DNA of 64,000 nt, taken from positions 1,152,001 to 1,216,000 of the forward strand of contig CAVPBK010000006.1 in assembly GCA_963701855.1 (NCBI GenBank), in the 5' to 3' direction. Shown here piece after piece: positions 43,501 to 51,001 of this stretch (positions are counted from its first letter, which is position 1; the number at the start of each line of letters is the position of its first letter). Under the pieces are notes generated by a model, which worked only from the letters and a program-made list of their open reading frames with translations, searched no databases and was not told the origin of the DNA. This DNA comes from Nitrospirota bacterium. Its GTDB lineage: Bacteria; Nitrospirota; Nitrospiria; Nitrospirales; Nitrospiraceae. A program made the translations under genes and the position numbers.

Positions 43501-46500
43501 AGACGGTGGCCGAGGATACGGCGCTGGCGCTCGGCGGGGTGAGCGTCACGGATGTGGACGGCAACCTGAGCACGGTGCAGCTGGGGGTGGCGAACGGGAC
43601 GGTGACGGTGAGCCTGGTGGGCGGCGCGACGATCAGTGCGGGGGCGAACGGCACGGGCACGCTGACCTTGGCGGGCACGGCGGCGCAGATCAACGCGGCC
43701 CTGGGGACGCTGGCCTATCAAGGCAATCTGAACTTCAATGGCAGCGACGTGCTCACGGTGACGAGCAGCGATGGCACGCTCACCGACGTGGACACGGTGG
43801 CGTTGACGGTGACGCCGGTGAACGATGCGCCGGTGAACACGGTGCCGGGGCCGCAGACGGTGGCCGAGGATACGGCGCTGGCGCTCGGCGGGGTGAGCGT
43901 CACGGATGTGGACGGCAACCTGAGCACGGTGCAGCTGGGGGTGGCGAACGGGACGGTGACGGTGAGCCTGGTGGGCGGCGCGACGATCAGTGCGGGGGCG
44001 AACGGCACGGGCACGCTGACCTTGGCGGGCACGGCGGCGCAGATCAACGCGGCCCTGGGGACGCTGGCCTATCAAGGCAATCTGAACTTCAATGGCAGCG
44101 ACGTGCTCACGGTGACGAGCAGCGATGGCACGCTCACCGACGTGGACACGGTGGCGTTGACGGTGACGCCGGTGAACGATGCGCCGGTGAACACGGTGCC
44201 GGGGCCGCAGACGGTGGCCGAGGATACGGCGCTGGCGCTCGGCGGGGTGAGCGTCACGGATGTGGACGGCAACCTGAGCACGGTGCAGCTGGGGGTGGCG
44301 AACGGGACGGTGACGGTGAGCCTGGTGGGCGGCGCGACGATCAGTGCGGGGGCGAACGGCACGGGCACGCTGACCTTGGCGGGCACGGCGGCGCAGATCA
44401 ACGCGGCCCTGGGGACGCTGGCCTATCAAGGCAATCTGAACTTCAATGGCAGCGACGTGCTCACGGTGACGAGCAGCGATGGCACGCTCACCGACGTGGA
44501 CACGGTGGCGTTGACGGTGACGCCGGTGAACGATGCGCCGGTGAACACGGTGCCGGGGCCGCAGACGGTGGCCGAGGATACGGCGCTGGCGCTCGGCGGG
44601 GTGAGCGTCACGGATGTGGACGGCAACCTGAGCACGGTGCAGCTGGGGGTGGCGAACGGGACGGTGACGGTGAGCCTGGTGGGCGGCGCGACGATCAGTG
44701 CGGGGGCGAACGGCACGGGCACGCTGACCTTGGCGGGCACGGCGGCGCAGATCAACGCGGCCCTGGGGACGCTGGCCTATCAAGGCAATCTGAACTTCAA
44801 TGGCAGCGACGTGCTCACGGTGACGAGCAGCGATGGCACGCTCACCGACGTGGACACGGTGGCGTTGACGGTGACGCCGGTGAACGATGCGCCGGTGAAC
44901 ACGGTGCCGGGGCCGCAGACGGTGGCCGAGGATACGGCGCTGGCGCTCGGCGGGGTGAGCGTCACGGATGTGGACGGCAACCTGAGCACGGTGCAGCTGG
45001 GGGTGGCGAACGGGACGGTGACGGTGAGCCTGGTGGGCGGCGCGACGATCAGTGCGGGGGCGAACGGCACGGGCACGCTGACCTTGGCGGGCACGGCGGC
45101 GCAGATCAACGCGGCCCTGGGGACGCTGGCCTATCAAGGCAATCTGAACTTCAATGGCAGCGACGTGCTCACGGTGACGAGCAGCGATGGCACGCTCACC
45201 GACGTGGACACGGTGGCGTTGACGGTGACGCCGGTGAACGATGCGCCGGTGAACACGGTGCCGGGGCCGCAGACGGTGGCCGAGGATACGGCGCTGGCGC
45301 TCGGCGGGGTGAGCGTCACGGATGTGGACGGCAACCTGAGCACGGTGCAGCTGGGGGTGGCGAACGGGACGGTGACGGTGAGCCTGGTGGGCGGCGCGAC
45401 GATCAGTGCGGGGGCGAACGGCACGGGCACGCTGACCTTGGCGGGCACGGCGGCGCAGATCAACGCGGCCCTGGGGACGCTGGCCTATCAAGGCAATCTG
45501 AACTTCAATGGCAGCGACGTGCTCACGGTGACGAGCAGCGATGGCACGCTCACCGACGTGGACACGGTGGCGTTGACGGTGACGCCGGTGAACGATGCGC
45601 CGGTGAACACGGTGCCGGGGCCGCAGACGGTGGCCGAGGATACGGCGCTGGCGCTCGGCGGGGTGAGCGTCACGGATGTGGACGGCAACCTGAGCACGGT
45701 GCAGCTGGGGGTGGCGAACGGGACGGTGACGGTGAGCCTGGTGGGCGGCGCGACGATCAGTGCGGGGGCGAACGGCACGGGCACGCTGACCTTGGCGGGC
45801 ACGGCGGCGCAGATCAACGCGGCCCTGGGGACGCTGGCCTATCAAGGCAATCTGAACTTCAATGGCAGCGACGTGCTCACGGTGACGAGCAGCGATGGCA
45901 CGCTCACCGACGTGGACACGGTGGCGTTGACGGTGACGCCGGTGAACGATGCGCCGGTGAACACGGTGCCGGGGCCGCAGACGGTGGCCGAGGATACGGC
46001 GCTGGCGCTCGGCGGGGTGAGCGTCACGGATGTGGACGGCAACCTGAGCACGGTGCAGCTGGGGGTGGCGAACGGGACGGTGACGGTGAGCCTGGTGGGC
46101 GGCGCGACGATCAGTGCGGGGGCGAACGGCACGGGCACGCTGACCTTGGCGGGCACGGCGGCGCAGATCAACGCGGCCCTGGGGACGCTGGCCTATCAAG
46201 GCAATCTGAACTTCAATGGCAGCGACGTGCTCACGGTGACGAGCAGCGATGGCACGCTCACCGACGTGGACACGGTGGCGTTGACGGTGACGCCGGTGAA
46301 CGATGCGCCGGTGAACACGGTGCCGGGGCCGCAGACGGTGGCCGAGGATACGGCGCTGGCGCTCGGCGGGGTGAGCGTCACGGATGTGGACGGCAACCTG
46401 AGCACGGTGCAGCTGGGGGTGGCGAACGGGACGGTGACGGTGAGCCTGGTGGGCGGCGCGACGATCAGTGCGGGGGCGAACGGCACGGGCACGCTGACCT

Positions 46501-49088
46501 TGGCGGGCACGGCGGCGCAGATCAACGCGGCCCTGGGGACGCTGGCCTATCAAGGCAATCTGAACTTCAATGGCAGCGACGTGCTCACGGTGACGAGCAG
46601 CGATGGCACGCTCACCGACGTGGACACGGTGGCGTTGACGGTGACGCCGGTGAACGATGCGCCGGTGAACACGGTGCCGGGGCCGCAGACGGTGGCCGAG
46701 GATACGGCGCTGGCGCTCGGCGGGGTGAGCGTCACGGATGTGGACGGCAACCTGAGCACGGTGCAGCTGGGGGTGGCGAACGGGACGGTGACGGTGAGCC
46801 TGGTGGGCGGCGCGACGATCAGTGCGGGGGCGAACGGCACGGGCACGCTGACCTTGGCGGGCACGGCGGCGCAGATCAACGCGGCCCTGGGGACGCTGGC
46901 CTATCAAGGCAATCTGAACTTCAATGGCAGCGACGTGCTCACGGTGACGAGCAGCGATGGCACGCTCACCGACGTGGACACGGTGGCGTTGACGGTGACG
47001 CCGGTGAACGATGCGCCGGTGAACACGGTGCCGGGGCCGCAGACGGTGGCCGAGGATACGGCGCTGGCGCTCGGCGGGGTGAGCGTCACGGATGTGGACG
47101 GCAACCTGAGCACGGTGCAGCTGGGGGTGGCGAACGGGACGGTGACGGTGAGCCTGGTGGGCGGCGCGACGATCAGTGCGGGGGCGAACGGCACGGGCAC
47201 GCTGACCTTGGCGGGCACGGCGGCGCAGATCAACGCGGCCCTGGGGACGCTGGCCTATCAAGGCAATCTGAACTTCAATGGCAGCGACGTGCTCACGGTG
47301 ACGAGCAGCGATGGCACGCTCACCGACGTGGACACGGTGGCGTTGACGGTGACGCCGGTGAACGATGCGCCGGTGAACACGGTGCCGGGGCCGCAGACGG
47401 TGGCCGAGGATACGGCGCTGGCGATCGGCGGGGTGAGCGTCACGGATGTGGACGGCAACCTGAGCACGGTGCAGCTGGGGGTGGCGAACGGGACGGTGAC
47501 GGTGAGCCTGGTGGGCGGCGCGACGATCAGTGCGGGGGCGAACGGCACGGGCACGCTGACCTTGGCGGGCACGGCGGCGCAGATCAACGCGGCCCTGGGG
47601 ACGCTGGCCTATCAAGGCAATCTGAACTTCAATGGCAGCGACGTGCTCACGGTGACGAGCAGCGATGGCACGCTCACCGACGTGGACACGGTGGCGTTGA
47701 CGGTGACGCCGGTGAACGATGCGCCGGTGAACACGGTGCCGGGGCCGCAGACGGTGGCCGAGGATACGGCGCTGGCGATCGGCGGGGTGAGCGTCACGGA
47801 TGTGGACGGCAACCTGAGCACGGTGCAGCTGGGGGTGGCGAACGGGACGGTGACGGTGAGCCTGGTGGGCGGCGCGACGATCAGTGCGGGGGCGAACGGC
47901 ACGGGCACGCTGACCTTGGCGGGCACGGCGGCGCAGATCAACGCGGCCCTGGGGACGCTGGCCTATCAAGGCAATCTGAACTTCAATGGCAGCGACGTGC
48001 TCACGGTGACGAGCAGCGATGGCACGCTCACCGACGTGGACACGGTGGCGTTGACGGTGACGCCGGCGCCGAATATTGTTCCGAGTCTTGCCACGAATGC
48101 GGGCTCGACGGTCGTCCAGGGATTGACCGATCTCATTACTCTAGGCGAATTGCAAGTTACGGACGCGGACAACACTCCGGCCCAACTAATCTACACGGTG
48201 ACCGTAGGACCGGTGCATGGTCAACTCGAACTGACGACAGCCCCTGGCGTGGTGATCGTGAGTTTCACGCAAGCGGATATCGATGCGGGGCGACTGGTGT
48301 ACGTTAACAACGGAGCCAACAGCACGAGTGATAGTTTTACCTTTACGGTTAGCGATGGCGCCGGAGGCATGATCGGGGCGACAGCGTTTAATATCACGGT
48401 TACGCCGTTTTTCCCCCCACCGCTCCCGCCCCCGTCCCCGCCCCCTCTCCCTCCCCCGGACCCAGTTCCCGTCCCCATCACTGTACTTGGCCCTCCTGGA
48501 CCAATCCCCGGCGATGTTGTGCCGCCTGTGTTGCCACCACCACCAGTGCTGGTTACGACGGTTGGCGCAATCGACGATCCAGTGCGGCGAGCGGCAATGC
48601 CGAGTCGAACGTTTGCCAGGGTGGAGCAGCAGGATATCGTACTCGAAGAGCCATCAGCTCTTGAGCTGGAGCCGCTTTCGAATCCGGTTAAGACAATGTT
48701 GGCCGCGGGCCATAAATTCGCTGAGCATTTGACCAGACTGGCCGACAACCTCGAACGAGCGATTGAAGAGCGTGAAAACCAGGCGCGCCTCATTGGGCGG
48801 GTGGCATCGTTCGCCGGGATGACCTTATCTGTAGGATTCGTGGCGTGGATCCTGCGCGGCGGAGCTTTAGTGACAAGTTTTCTCGTCTCGATGCCGGCCT
48901 GGCGCCACTTCGATCCTTTGCCGGTACTGGGTTCGACTAGCAGAGATCGCCGGAAACGCGATCGCAAGGTGCGTGAGGAACATGAACAGGAGAACAAGGA
49001 GTTCCGAGGTCTGGATCGGGTGCTGAAATCATCGCCAAAATCGGCCAAGCAGCAAGAGACGGACCGCGCGAGGAGACCGAAGTCATAA
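31557..49088 (+). CDS. Giant repetitive surface protein/adhesin (5843 aa): LEPR-XLL-like leader, DUF4347, beta-helix, 36 tandem Ig/cadherin-like repeats, CSPG-type domain, Pro-rich linker, C-terminal TM
   Basis: ALESRIMFDG; IDAIHLIG..DLLIYGCNFG..LTGADVAASTD (DUF4347); VTNTNDSGAGSLR and GN.IG repeats; VNDAP repeats; SFTQADIDAGRLVY..DSFTFTVSDG; LSVGFVAWILRGG..MPAWRHFDPLPVL. Confidence 0.92.
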   Translation: MKILRRQKKAAGKPARGQRPASADTRITLSTFGGSLIALESRIMFDGAAVATVSTVTTEQIAQSQADKALSNHDAAAADSAPAAPTGDPHSTTSDQALFDALAAYDTSAARQEVVFLSPSVLDYQQLLDGISPNVEVHILDPGRDGVQQMAEILAGRTGIDAIHLIGDGTEAEMHLGASFLTQDSISTTYAEQFQQIGRSLSANADLLIYGCNFGQGVDGQLAINKLADLTGADVAASTDRTGSAAEYADWKLEVSTGAIETSVVISASTQAAWEHALATFTVTNTNDSGAGSLRQEILVANAAGGTDTIVFNIAGAGVHTINLASALPTITDKVTIDGYTEAGSSVNTLSVGDNAVLTIELNGTGAGSANGLWLGAGSDGSTIRGLVINRFSLDGIQIDSTGNLIVGNWIGVDNTGTLDFGNGVDGITNSANNNTIGTSAVADRNVLSGNDDEGVDVDPGITGIVIQGNYIGTNAMGTAAVPNGDLANANSGGVLLGGDGTVFGGSLPGQGNLVSGNLIDGILIDGIGNDVVYGNLIGTNAAGTAGIANSGPGIWINGGSNSSIGGTAAGQGNTIAYNTDDGIQIAPATSTGNVILGNSIFANTGLGIDLGNNGVTANDAGDGDTGANNLQNFPVLTSAQISASQVTVAGSLNSTANSQFRVEFFSDSAQDPTGYGQGRTYLGFVNVTTNGSGNANFNTTLAATVPADSYVTATATRSNATFTAFTNTSEFAQDRVATYTPIVDLNSGPAIVTTGPVVVSTTTSTTNLVSSGNFGTVANGTPPAPWVESGTAGNGSVVLAAGNGRYDWVDGNATGTTITQALTIPASTSNSTVSTTNTATSTSVVTTTVDTVDAITSISFDMAWQNTDVTGSNNNNTLIISYNGVTYATFETFQRGTANAAGLVGNWTYSNGATGPATTLSVTDEVTGAMTPITINLPAGITVSSSLQFRYTIGSTGTGSDDLAIDNVVATSTKTTTTSVTTVTTTADTADNNWTATYTENGPAVSIADTDSSIFDSNSTNIVSAAITLTNPAAGDRLLVNGSAAASGTLASGIAWTRTDTAVTLSGSFTKAQYADAIEFIQFENTTDTPSTTPRTINVTVNDGTSNSNTAIATLTVTAVNDAPVVDLNAAGAGQDVTTAFTEQTPVLIAPVGTLTDVDSANLTSLTVTLTTRPDGNAVESLSLNAAATAAAAGAGLTVSYTPASGLLSITGAATKAVYQTILQGILYNDTSDTPTTSNRSITVVANDGTTASATQTVTLTVTAVNDAPVVDLNAAGAGQDVTTAFTEQTPVLIAPVGTLTDVDSANLTSLTVTLTTRPDGNAVESLSLNAAATAAAAGAGLTVSYTPASGLLSITGAATKAVYQTILQGILYNDTSDTPTTSNRSITVVANDGTTASATQTVTLTVTAVNDAPVVDLNAAGAGQDVTTAFTEQTPVLIAPVGTLTDVDSANLTSLTVTLTTRPDGNAVESLSLNAAATAAAAGAGLTVSYTPASGLLSITGAATKAVYQTILQGILYNDTSDTPTTSNRSITVVANDGTTASATQTVTLTVTAVNDAPVVDLNAAGAGQDVTTAFTEQTPVLIAPVGTLTDVDSANLTSLTVTLTTRPDGNAVESLSLNAAATAAAAGAGLTVSYTPASGLLSITGAATKAVYQTILQGILYNDTSDTPTTSNRSITVVANDGTTASATQTVTLTVTAVNDAPVVDLNAAGAGQDVTTAFTEQTPVLIAPVGTLTDVDSANLTSLTVTLTTRPDGNAVESLSLNAAATAAAAGAGLTVSYTPASGLLSITGAATKAVYQTILQGILYNDTSDTPTTSNRSITVVANDGTTASATQTVALTVTPVNDAPVNTVPGPQTVAEDTALALGGVSVTDVDGNLSTVQLGVANGTVTVSLVGGATISAGANGTGTLTLAGTAAQINAALGTLAYQGNLNFNGSDVLTVTSSDGTLTDVDTVALTVTPVNDAPVNTVPGPQTVAEDTALALGGVSVTDVDGNLSTVQLGVANGTVTVSLVGGATISAGANGTGTLTLAGTAAQINAALGTLAYQGNLNFNGSDVLTVTSSDGTLTDVDTVALTVTPVNDAPVNTVPGPQTVAEDTALALGGVSVTDVDGNLSTVQLGVANGTVTVSLVGGATISAGANGTGTLTLAGTAAQINAALGTLAYQGNLNFNGSDVLTVTSSDGTLTDVDTVALTVTPVNDAPVNTVPGPQTVAEDTALALGGVSVTDVDGNLSTVQLGVANGTVTVSLVGGATISAGANGTGTLTLAGTAAQINAALGTLAYQGNLNFNGSDVLTVTSSDGTLTDVDTVALTVTPVNDAPVNTVPGPQTVAEDTALALGGVSVTDVDGNLSTVQLGVANGTVTVSLVGGATISAGANGTGTLTLAGTAAQINAALGTLAYQGNLNFNGSDVLTVTSSDGTLTDVDTVALTVTPVNDAPVNTVPGPQTVAEDTALALGGVSVTDVDGNLSTVQLGVANGTVTVSLVGGATISAGANGTGTLTLAGTAAQINAALGTLAYQGNLNFNGSDVLTVTSSDGTLTDVDTVALTVTPVNDAPVNTVPGPQTVAEDTALALGGVSVTDVDGNLSTVQLGVANGTVTVSLVGGATISAGANGTGTLTLAGTAAQINAALGTLAYQGNLNFNGSDVLTVTSSDGTLTDVDTVALTVTPVNDAPVNTVPGPQTVAEDTALALGGVSVTDVDGNLSTVQLGVANGTVTVSLVGGATISAGANGTGTLTLAGTAAQINAALGTLAYQGNLNFNGSDVLTVTSSDGTLTDVDTVALTVTPVNDAPVNTVPGPQTVAEDTALALGGVSVTDVDGNLSTVQLGVANGTVTVSLVGGATISAGANGTGTLTLAGTAAQINAALGTLAYQGNLNFNGSDVLTVTSSDGTLTDVDTVALTVTPVNDAPVNTVPGPQTVAEDTALALGGVSVTDVDGNLSTVQLGVANGTVTVSLVGGATISAGANGTGTLTLAGTAAQINAALGTLAYQGNLNFNGSDVLTVTSSDGTLTDVDTVALTVTPVNDAPVNTVPGPQTVAEDTALALGGVSVTDVDGNLSTVQLGVANGTVTVSLVGGATISAGANGTGTLTLAGTAAQINAALGTLAYQGNLNFNGSDVLTVTSSDGTLTDVDTVALTVTPVNDAPVNTVPGPQTVAEDTALALGGVSVTDVDGNLSTVQLGVANGTVTVSLVGGATISAGANGTGTLTLAGTAAQINAALGTLAYQGNLNFNGSDVLTVTSSDGTLTDVDTVALTVTPVNDAPVNTVPGPQTVAEDTALALGGVSVTDVDGNLSTVQLGVANGTVTVSLVGGATISAGANGTGTLTLAGTAAQINAALGTLAYQGNLNFNGSDVLTVTSSDGTLTDVDTVALTVTPVNDAPVNTVPGPQTVAEDTALALGGVSVTDVDGNLSTVQLGVANGTVTVSLVGGATISAGANGTGTLTLAGTAAQINAALGTLAYQGNLNFNGSDVLTVTSSDGTLTDVDTVALTVTPVNDAPVNTVPGPQTVAEDTALALGGVSVTDVDGNLSTVQLGVANGTVTVSLVGGATISAGANGTGTLTLAGTAAQINAALGTLAYQGNLNFNGSDVLTVTSSDGTLTDVDTVALTVTPVNDAPVNTVPGPQTVAEDTALALGGVSVTDVDGNLSTVQLGVANGTVTVSLVGGATISAGANGTGTLTLAGTAAQINAALGTLAYQGNLNFNGSDVLTVTSSDGTLTDVDTVALTVTPVNDAPVNTVPGPQTVAEDTALALGGVSVTDVDGNLSTVQLGVANGTVTVSLVGGATISAGANGTGTLTLAGTAAQINAALGTLAYQGNLNFNGSDVLTVTSSDGTLTDVDTVALTVTPVNDAPVNTVPGPQTVAEDTALALGGVSVTDVDGNLSTVQLGVANGTVTVSLVGGATISAGANGTGTLTLAGTAAQINAALGTLAYQGNLNFNGSDVLTVTSSDGTLTDVDTVALTVTPVNDAPVNTVPGPQTVAEDTALALGGVSVTDVDGNLSTVQLGVANGTVTVSLVGGATISAGANGTGTLTLAGTAAQINAALGTLAYQGNLNFNGSDVLTVTSSDGTLTDVDTVALTVTPVNDAPVNTVPGPQTVAEDTALALGGVSVTDVDGNLSTVQLGVANGTVTVSLVGGATISAGANGTGTLTLAGTAAQINAALGTLAYQGNLNFNGSDVLTVTSSDGTLTDVDTVALTVTPVNDAPVNTVPGPQTVAEDTALALGGVSVTDVDGNLSTVQLGVANGTVTVSLVGGATISAGANGTGTLTLAGTAAQINAALGTLAYQGNLNFNGSDVLTVTSSDGTLTDVDTVALTVTPVNDAPVNTVPGPQTVAEDTALALGGVSVTDVDGNLSTVQLGVANGTVTVSLVGGATISAGANGTGTLTLAGTAAQINAALGTLAYQGNLNFNGSDVLTVTSSDGTLTDVDTVALTVTPVNDAPVNTVPGPQTVAEDTALALGGVSVTDVDGNLSTVQLGVANGTVTVSLVGGATISAGANGTGTLTLAGTAAQINAALGTLAYQGNLNFNGSDVLTVTSSDGTLTDVDTVALTVTPVNDAPVNTVPGPQTVAEDTALALGGVSVTDVDGNLSTVQLGVANGTVTVSLVGGATISAGANGTGTLTLAGTAAQINAALGTLAYQGNLNFNGSDVLTVTSSDGTLTDVDTVALTVTPVNDAPVNTVPGPQTVAEDTALALGGVSVTDVDGNLSTVQLGVANGTVTVSLVGGATISAGANGTGTLTLAGTAAQINAALGTLAYQGNLNFNGSDVLTVTSSDGTLTDVDTVALTVTPVNDAPVNTVPGPQTVAEDTALALGGVSVTDVDGNLSTVQLGVANGTVTVSLVGGATISAGANGTGTLTLAGTAAQINAALGTLAYQGNLNFNGSDVLTVTSSDGTLTDVDTVALTVTPVNDAPVNTVPGPQTVAEDTALALGGVSVTDVDGNLSTVQLGVANGTVTVSLVGGATISAGANGTGTLTLAGTAAQINAALGTLAYQGNLNFNGSDVLTVTSSDGTLTDVDTVALTVTPVNDAPVNTVPGPQTVAEDTALALGGVSVTDVDGNLSTVQLGVANGTVTVSLVGGATISAGANGTGTLTLAGTAAQINAALGTLAYQGNLNFNGSDVLTVTSSDGTLTDVDTVALTVTPVNDAPVNTVPGPQTVAEDTALALGGVSVTDVDGNLSTVQLGVANGTVTVSLVGGATISAGANGTGTLTLAGTAAQINAALGTLAYQGNLNFNGSDVLTVTSSDGTLTDVDTVALTVTPVNDAPVNTVPGPQTVAEDTALAIGGVSVTDVDGNLSTVQLGVANGTVTVSLVGGATISAGANGTGTLTLAGTAAQINAALGTLAYQGNLNFNGSDVLTVTSSDGTLTDVDTVALTVTPVNDAPVNTVPGPQTVAEDTALAIGGVSVTDVDGNLSTVQLGVANGTVTVSLVGGATISAGANGTGTLTLAGTAAQINAALGTLAYQGNLNFNGSDVLTVTSSDGTLTDVDTVALTVTPAPNIVPSLATNAGSTVVQGLTDLITLGELQVTDADNTPAQLIYTVTVGPVHGQLELTTAPGVVIVSFTQADIDAGRLVYVNNGANSTSDSFTFTVSDGAGGMIGATAFNITVTPFFPPPLPPPSPPPLPPPDPVPVPITVLGPPGPIPGDVVPPVLPPPPVLVTTVGAIDDPVRRAAMPSRTFARVEQQDIVLEEPSALELEPLSNPVKTMLAAGHKFAEHLTRLADNLERAIEERENQARLIGRVASFAGMTLSVGFVAWILRGGALVTSFLVSMPAWRHFDPLPVLGSTSRDRRKRDRKVREEHEQENKEFRGLDRVLKSSPKSAKQQETDRARRPKS
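34898..37072 (+). repeat. Tandem repeat, 5 x 435 bp (145 aa), apparently identical
   Basis: 435-bp periodicity in the sequence and in the five antisense ORFs. Confidence 0.95.
37068..48066 (+). repeat. Tandem repeat, 31 x 354 bp (118 aa) plus a short partial unit
   Basis: 354-bp periodicity (antisense ORF starts 37321 to 47941 give 31 copies). The last two copies carry CTC->ATC (L->I). Confidence 0.95.
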
Positions 49089-51001
49089 TGCGAGTGACGC
49101 CGTTGGTGTGGATAAGTTTTGGACTGGTCGGTCTTACGATCAGTATCATGATGGCGGGCGATGTGTTCGTCAACTTGGTGCCAAACCGCGATCGCCAGGT
49201 ATTCGAATACCGGCGTGATTTGGCGGAATCGTTGGCGATTCAGTACTCGGCGCTGGCGGAGCGTGACCAGATCGAGACAGTGAAATTTGCGATGGAGACG
49301 CTGGTCAAGCGGATTCCGGATATCTTGTCGCTGGCGCTTCTCCATGAAAACGGGATAGTTGTCGCACAGATTGGCGACCATGCGGGAGTATGGGTCCAGC
49401 CGCCTGGTAAAGAGTCCACCCTCGAGTTTCTCCAAGTTCCGATCTTTTCCGGTGACCAAAGGTGGGGCGTGCTTCAGATTGCGTTTCGCCAAGTGAACGT
49501 GTCCGGTCTTCAGTGGTTCCTCACGGATCCGTGGGTACGCTTCTTGGCGTTTGTCAGTGTGTCGGGATTCGTCGGCTACCTCCTCTTCATGAAACGCACC
49601 CTCCGTCAGCTCGATCCTTCCGGCATTGTTCCCACTCGGGTGAAGTCCGCGCTCGATGCGCTTACGCAAGGCGTGGTTATGATCGATACGCGAGATTTAA
49701 TCGTCTTGGCGAACGATACCTTCTGCCAGGCTGTGGGAAAGCCGGTGACGTCGTTGATTGGATCAGACCTTAGCACCTTGTCGTGGACGTTTGCCGCTTC
49801 ATCCGACACGGTGTTGGTGTATCCCTGGACAGAGGCAATCATGGAAAAGCAACCCCAAGCAGACAGGCCTCTTCTTCTGGGGCTTCCTGATGGTGGATCG
49901 CGAAAGTTCATCGTCAATACCGTGCCGATTATGGACGACGCGTCCACGATTAGAGGGGCTCTGGTCTCCTTCCACGATGTCACCGAACTCGATCGAGCGA
50001 ATTCTTCCCTCCGGGAAGCGAACAGCGAGTTGGAGTTGTCCCGCTTCCAAATTCTGGAGAAGAACCAGGAACTTGAAACGACAAATACGAGCCTTCATGT
50101 CGAGATGAGAGAACGGAAAAGAGTTCAGGCAGAGAAAGAAGAACTGCATCAACAACTTGTGCTGGCGTCGCGCCAAGCCGGCATGGCAGATGTGGCGTCG
50201 AGCGTGCTGCACAACGTCGGGAATGTACTCACTAGCATTAACGTGTCGACGGATACCTTGCTGAAGACCCTCAAGAAGCCGATGGTGGGAGACGTTTGCC
50301 GAATTGCTTCGATGTTTCATGAGCATCAGGACGATTTAGAGGCATTTCTGACACAAGATTCAAAGGGCAAGCAGATTCCCTCGTATTTGGGCATGGTTGC
50401 CGAGTCTCTGAGCGGAAGTCACCAGACCATCCAGAGCGAAATCGACTCTCTCGTGAAAAAAATCGACCATGTCAAACAAGTGATCATGTCGCAGCAGGAT
50501 ATCGCCCACGCAGGGAATATCCGTGAGGCGACGACGGTCGAGGACTTGATGGAGGAAGCCTTGTTAATGGGGATGCCCGAGCCGGAGAAGTACGGTATCC
50601 GCGTCGTGCGGGAGTACACTCATGTTCCAGCCATCATGACGGATCGACATCATGTCCTCCAGATTCTGGTGAATATTATTACCAATGCCAAGAACTCCAT
50701 GGTCGAATATCCGGCGAACTCGCGCTGCCTCACGGTCCGAATCGTGTTGCCTACCGACCGCACAGGATCCGTGCGATTGGAGGTGATCGATACCGGTGGC
50801 GGCATAAAAGCTGAAAACCTCCCACGTTTGTTTAGTCAGGGTTTTACGACGAGAAAGGCCGGACATGGCCTTGGTCTTCACAGCGCCGCTATCTCCGCCA
50901 ATAAGCTTGGTGGAACCATACAAGCCCGGAGTGAGGGAGAAGGGCGCGGCGCCACCTTCATGCTCGATCTCCCATTGGTCTTAGCGGAGGCCGCCGCATG
51001 A
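49088..51001 (+). CDS. Membrane sensor histidine kinase (2 TM, periplasmic domain, PAS, HisKA, HATPase)
   Basis: TAATG overlap with the giant gene; H-box VLHNVGNVL, N-box NIITNA, DTGGG, FTT, GHGLGL. Confidence 0.93.
   Translation: MRVTPLVWISFGLVGLTISIMMAGDVFVNLVPNRDRQVFEYRRDLAESLAIQYSALAERDQIETVKFAMETLVKRIPDILSLALLHENGIVVAQIGDHAGVWVQPPGKESTLEFLQVPIFSGDQRWGVLQIAFRQVNVSGLQWFLTDPWVRFLAFVSVSGFVGYLLFMKRTLRQLDPSGIVPTRVKSALDALTQGVVMIDTRDLIVLANDTFCQAVGKPVTSLIGSDLSTLSWTFAASSDTVLVYPWTEAIMEKQPQADRPLLLGLPDGGSRKFIVNTVPIMDDASTIRGALVSFHDVTELDRANSSLREANSELELSRFQILEKNQELETTNTSLHVEMRERKRVQAEKEELHQQLVLASRQAGMADVASSVLHNVGNVLTSINVSTDTLLKTLKKPMVGDVCRIASMFHEHQDDLEAFLTQDSKGKQIPSYLGMVAESLSGSHQTIQSEIDSLVKKIDHVKQVIMSQQDIAHAGNIREATTVEDLMEEALLMGMPEPEKYGIRVVREYTHVPAIMTDRHHVLQILVNIITNAKNSMVEYPANSRCLTVRIVLPTDRTGSVRLEVIDTGGGIKAENLPRLFSQGFTTRKAGHGLGLHSAAISANKLGGTIQARSEGEGRGATFMLDLPLVLAEAAA

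Noticed and set aside
36846..47969. 3707-aa Arg/His-rich antisense ORF and the 31 repeated ~109-aa antisense ORFs
   Set aside because: Shadow frames of the tandem repeat's biased codons; a stop-free unit is simply repeated. No RBS or protein-like composition.
34898..48066. CRISPR-like or non-coding repeat array
   Set aside because: Units are contiguous, multiples of 3, in frame within a CDS and have no unique spacers; no cas genes
48221..49669. 482-aa minus-strand ORF
   Set aside because: Antisense shadow of the giant protein's C-terminus and the kinase
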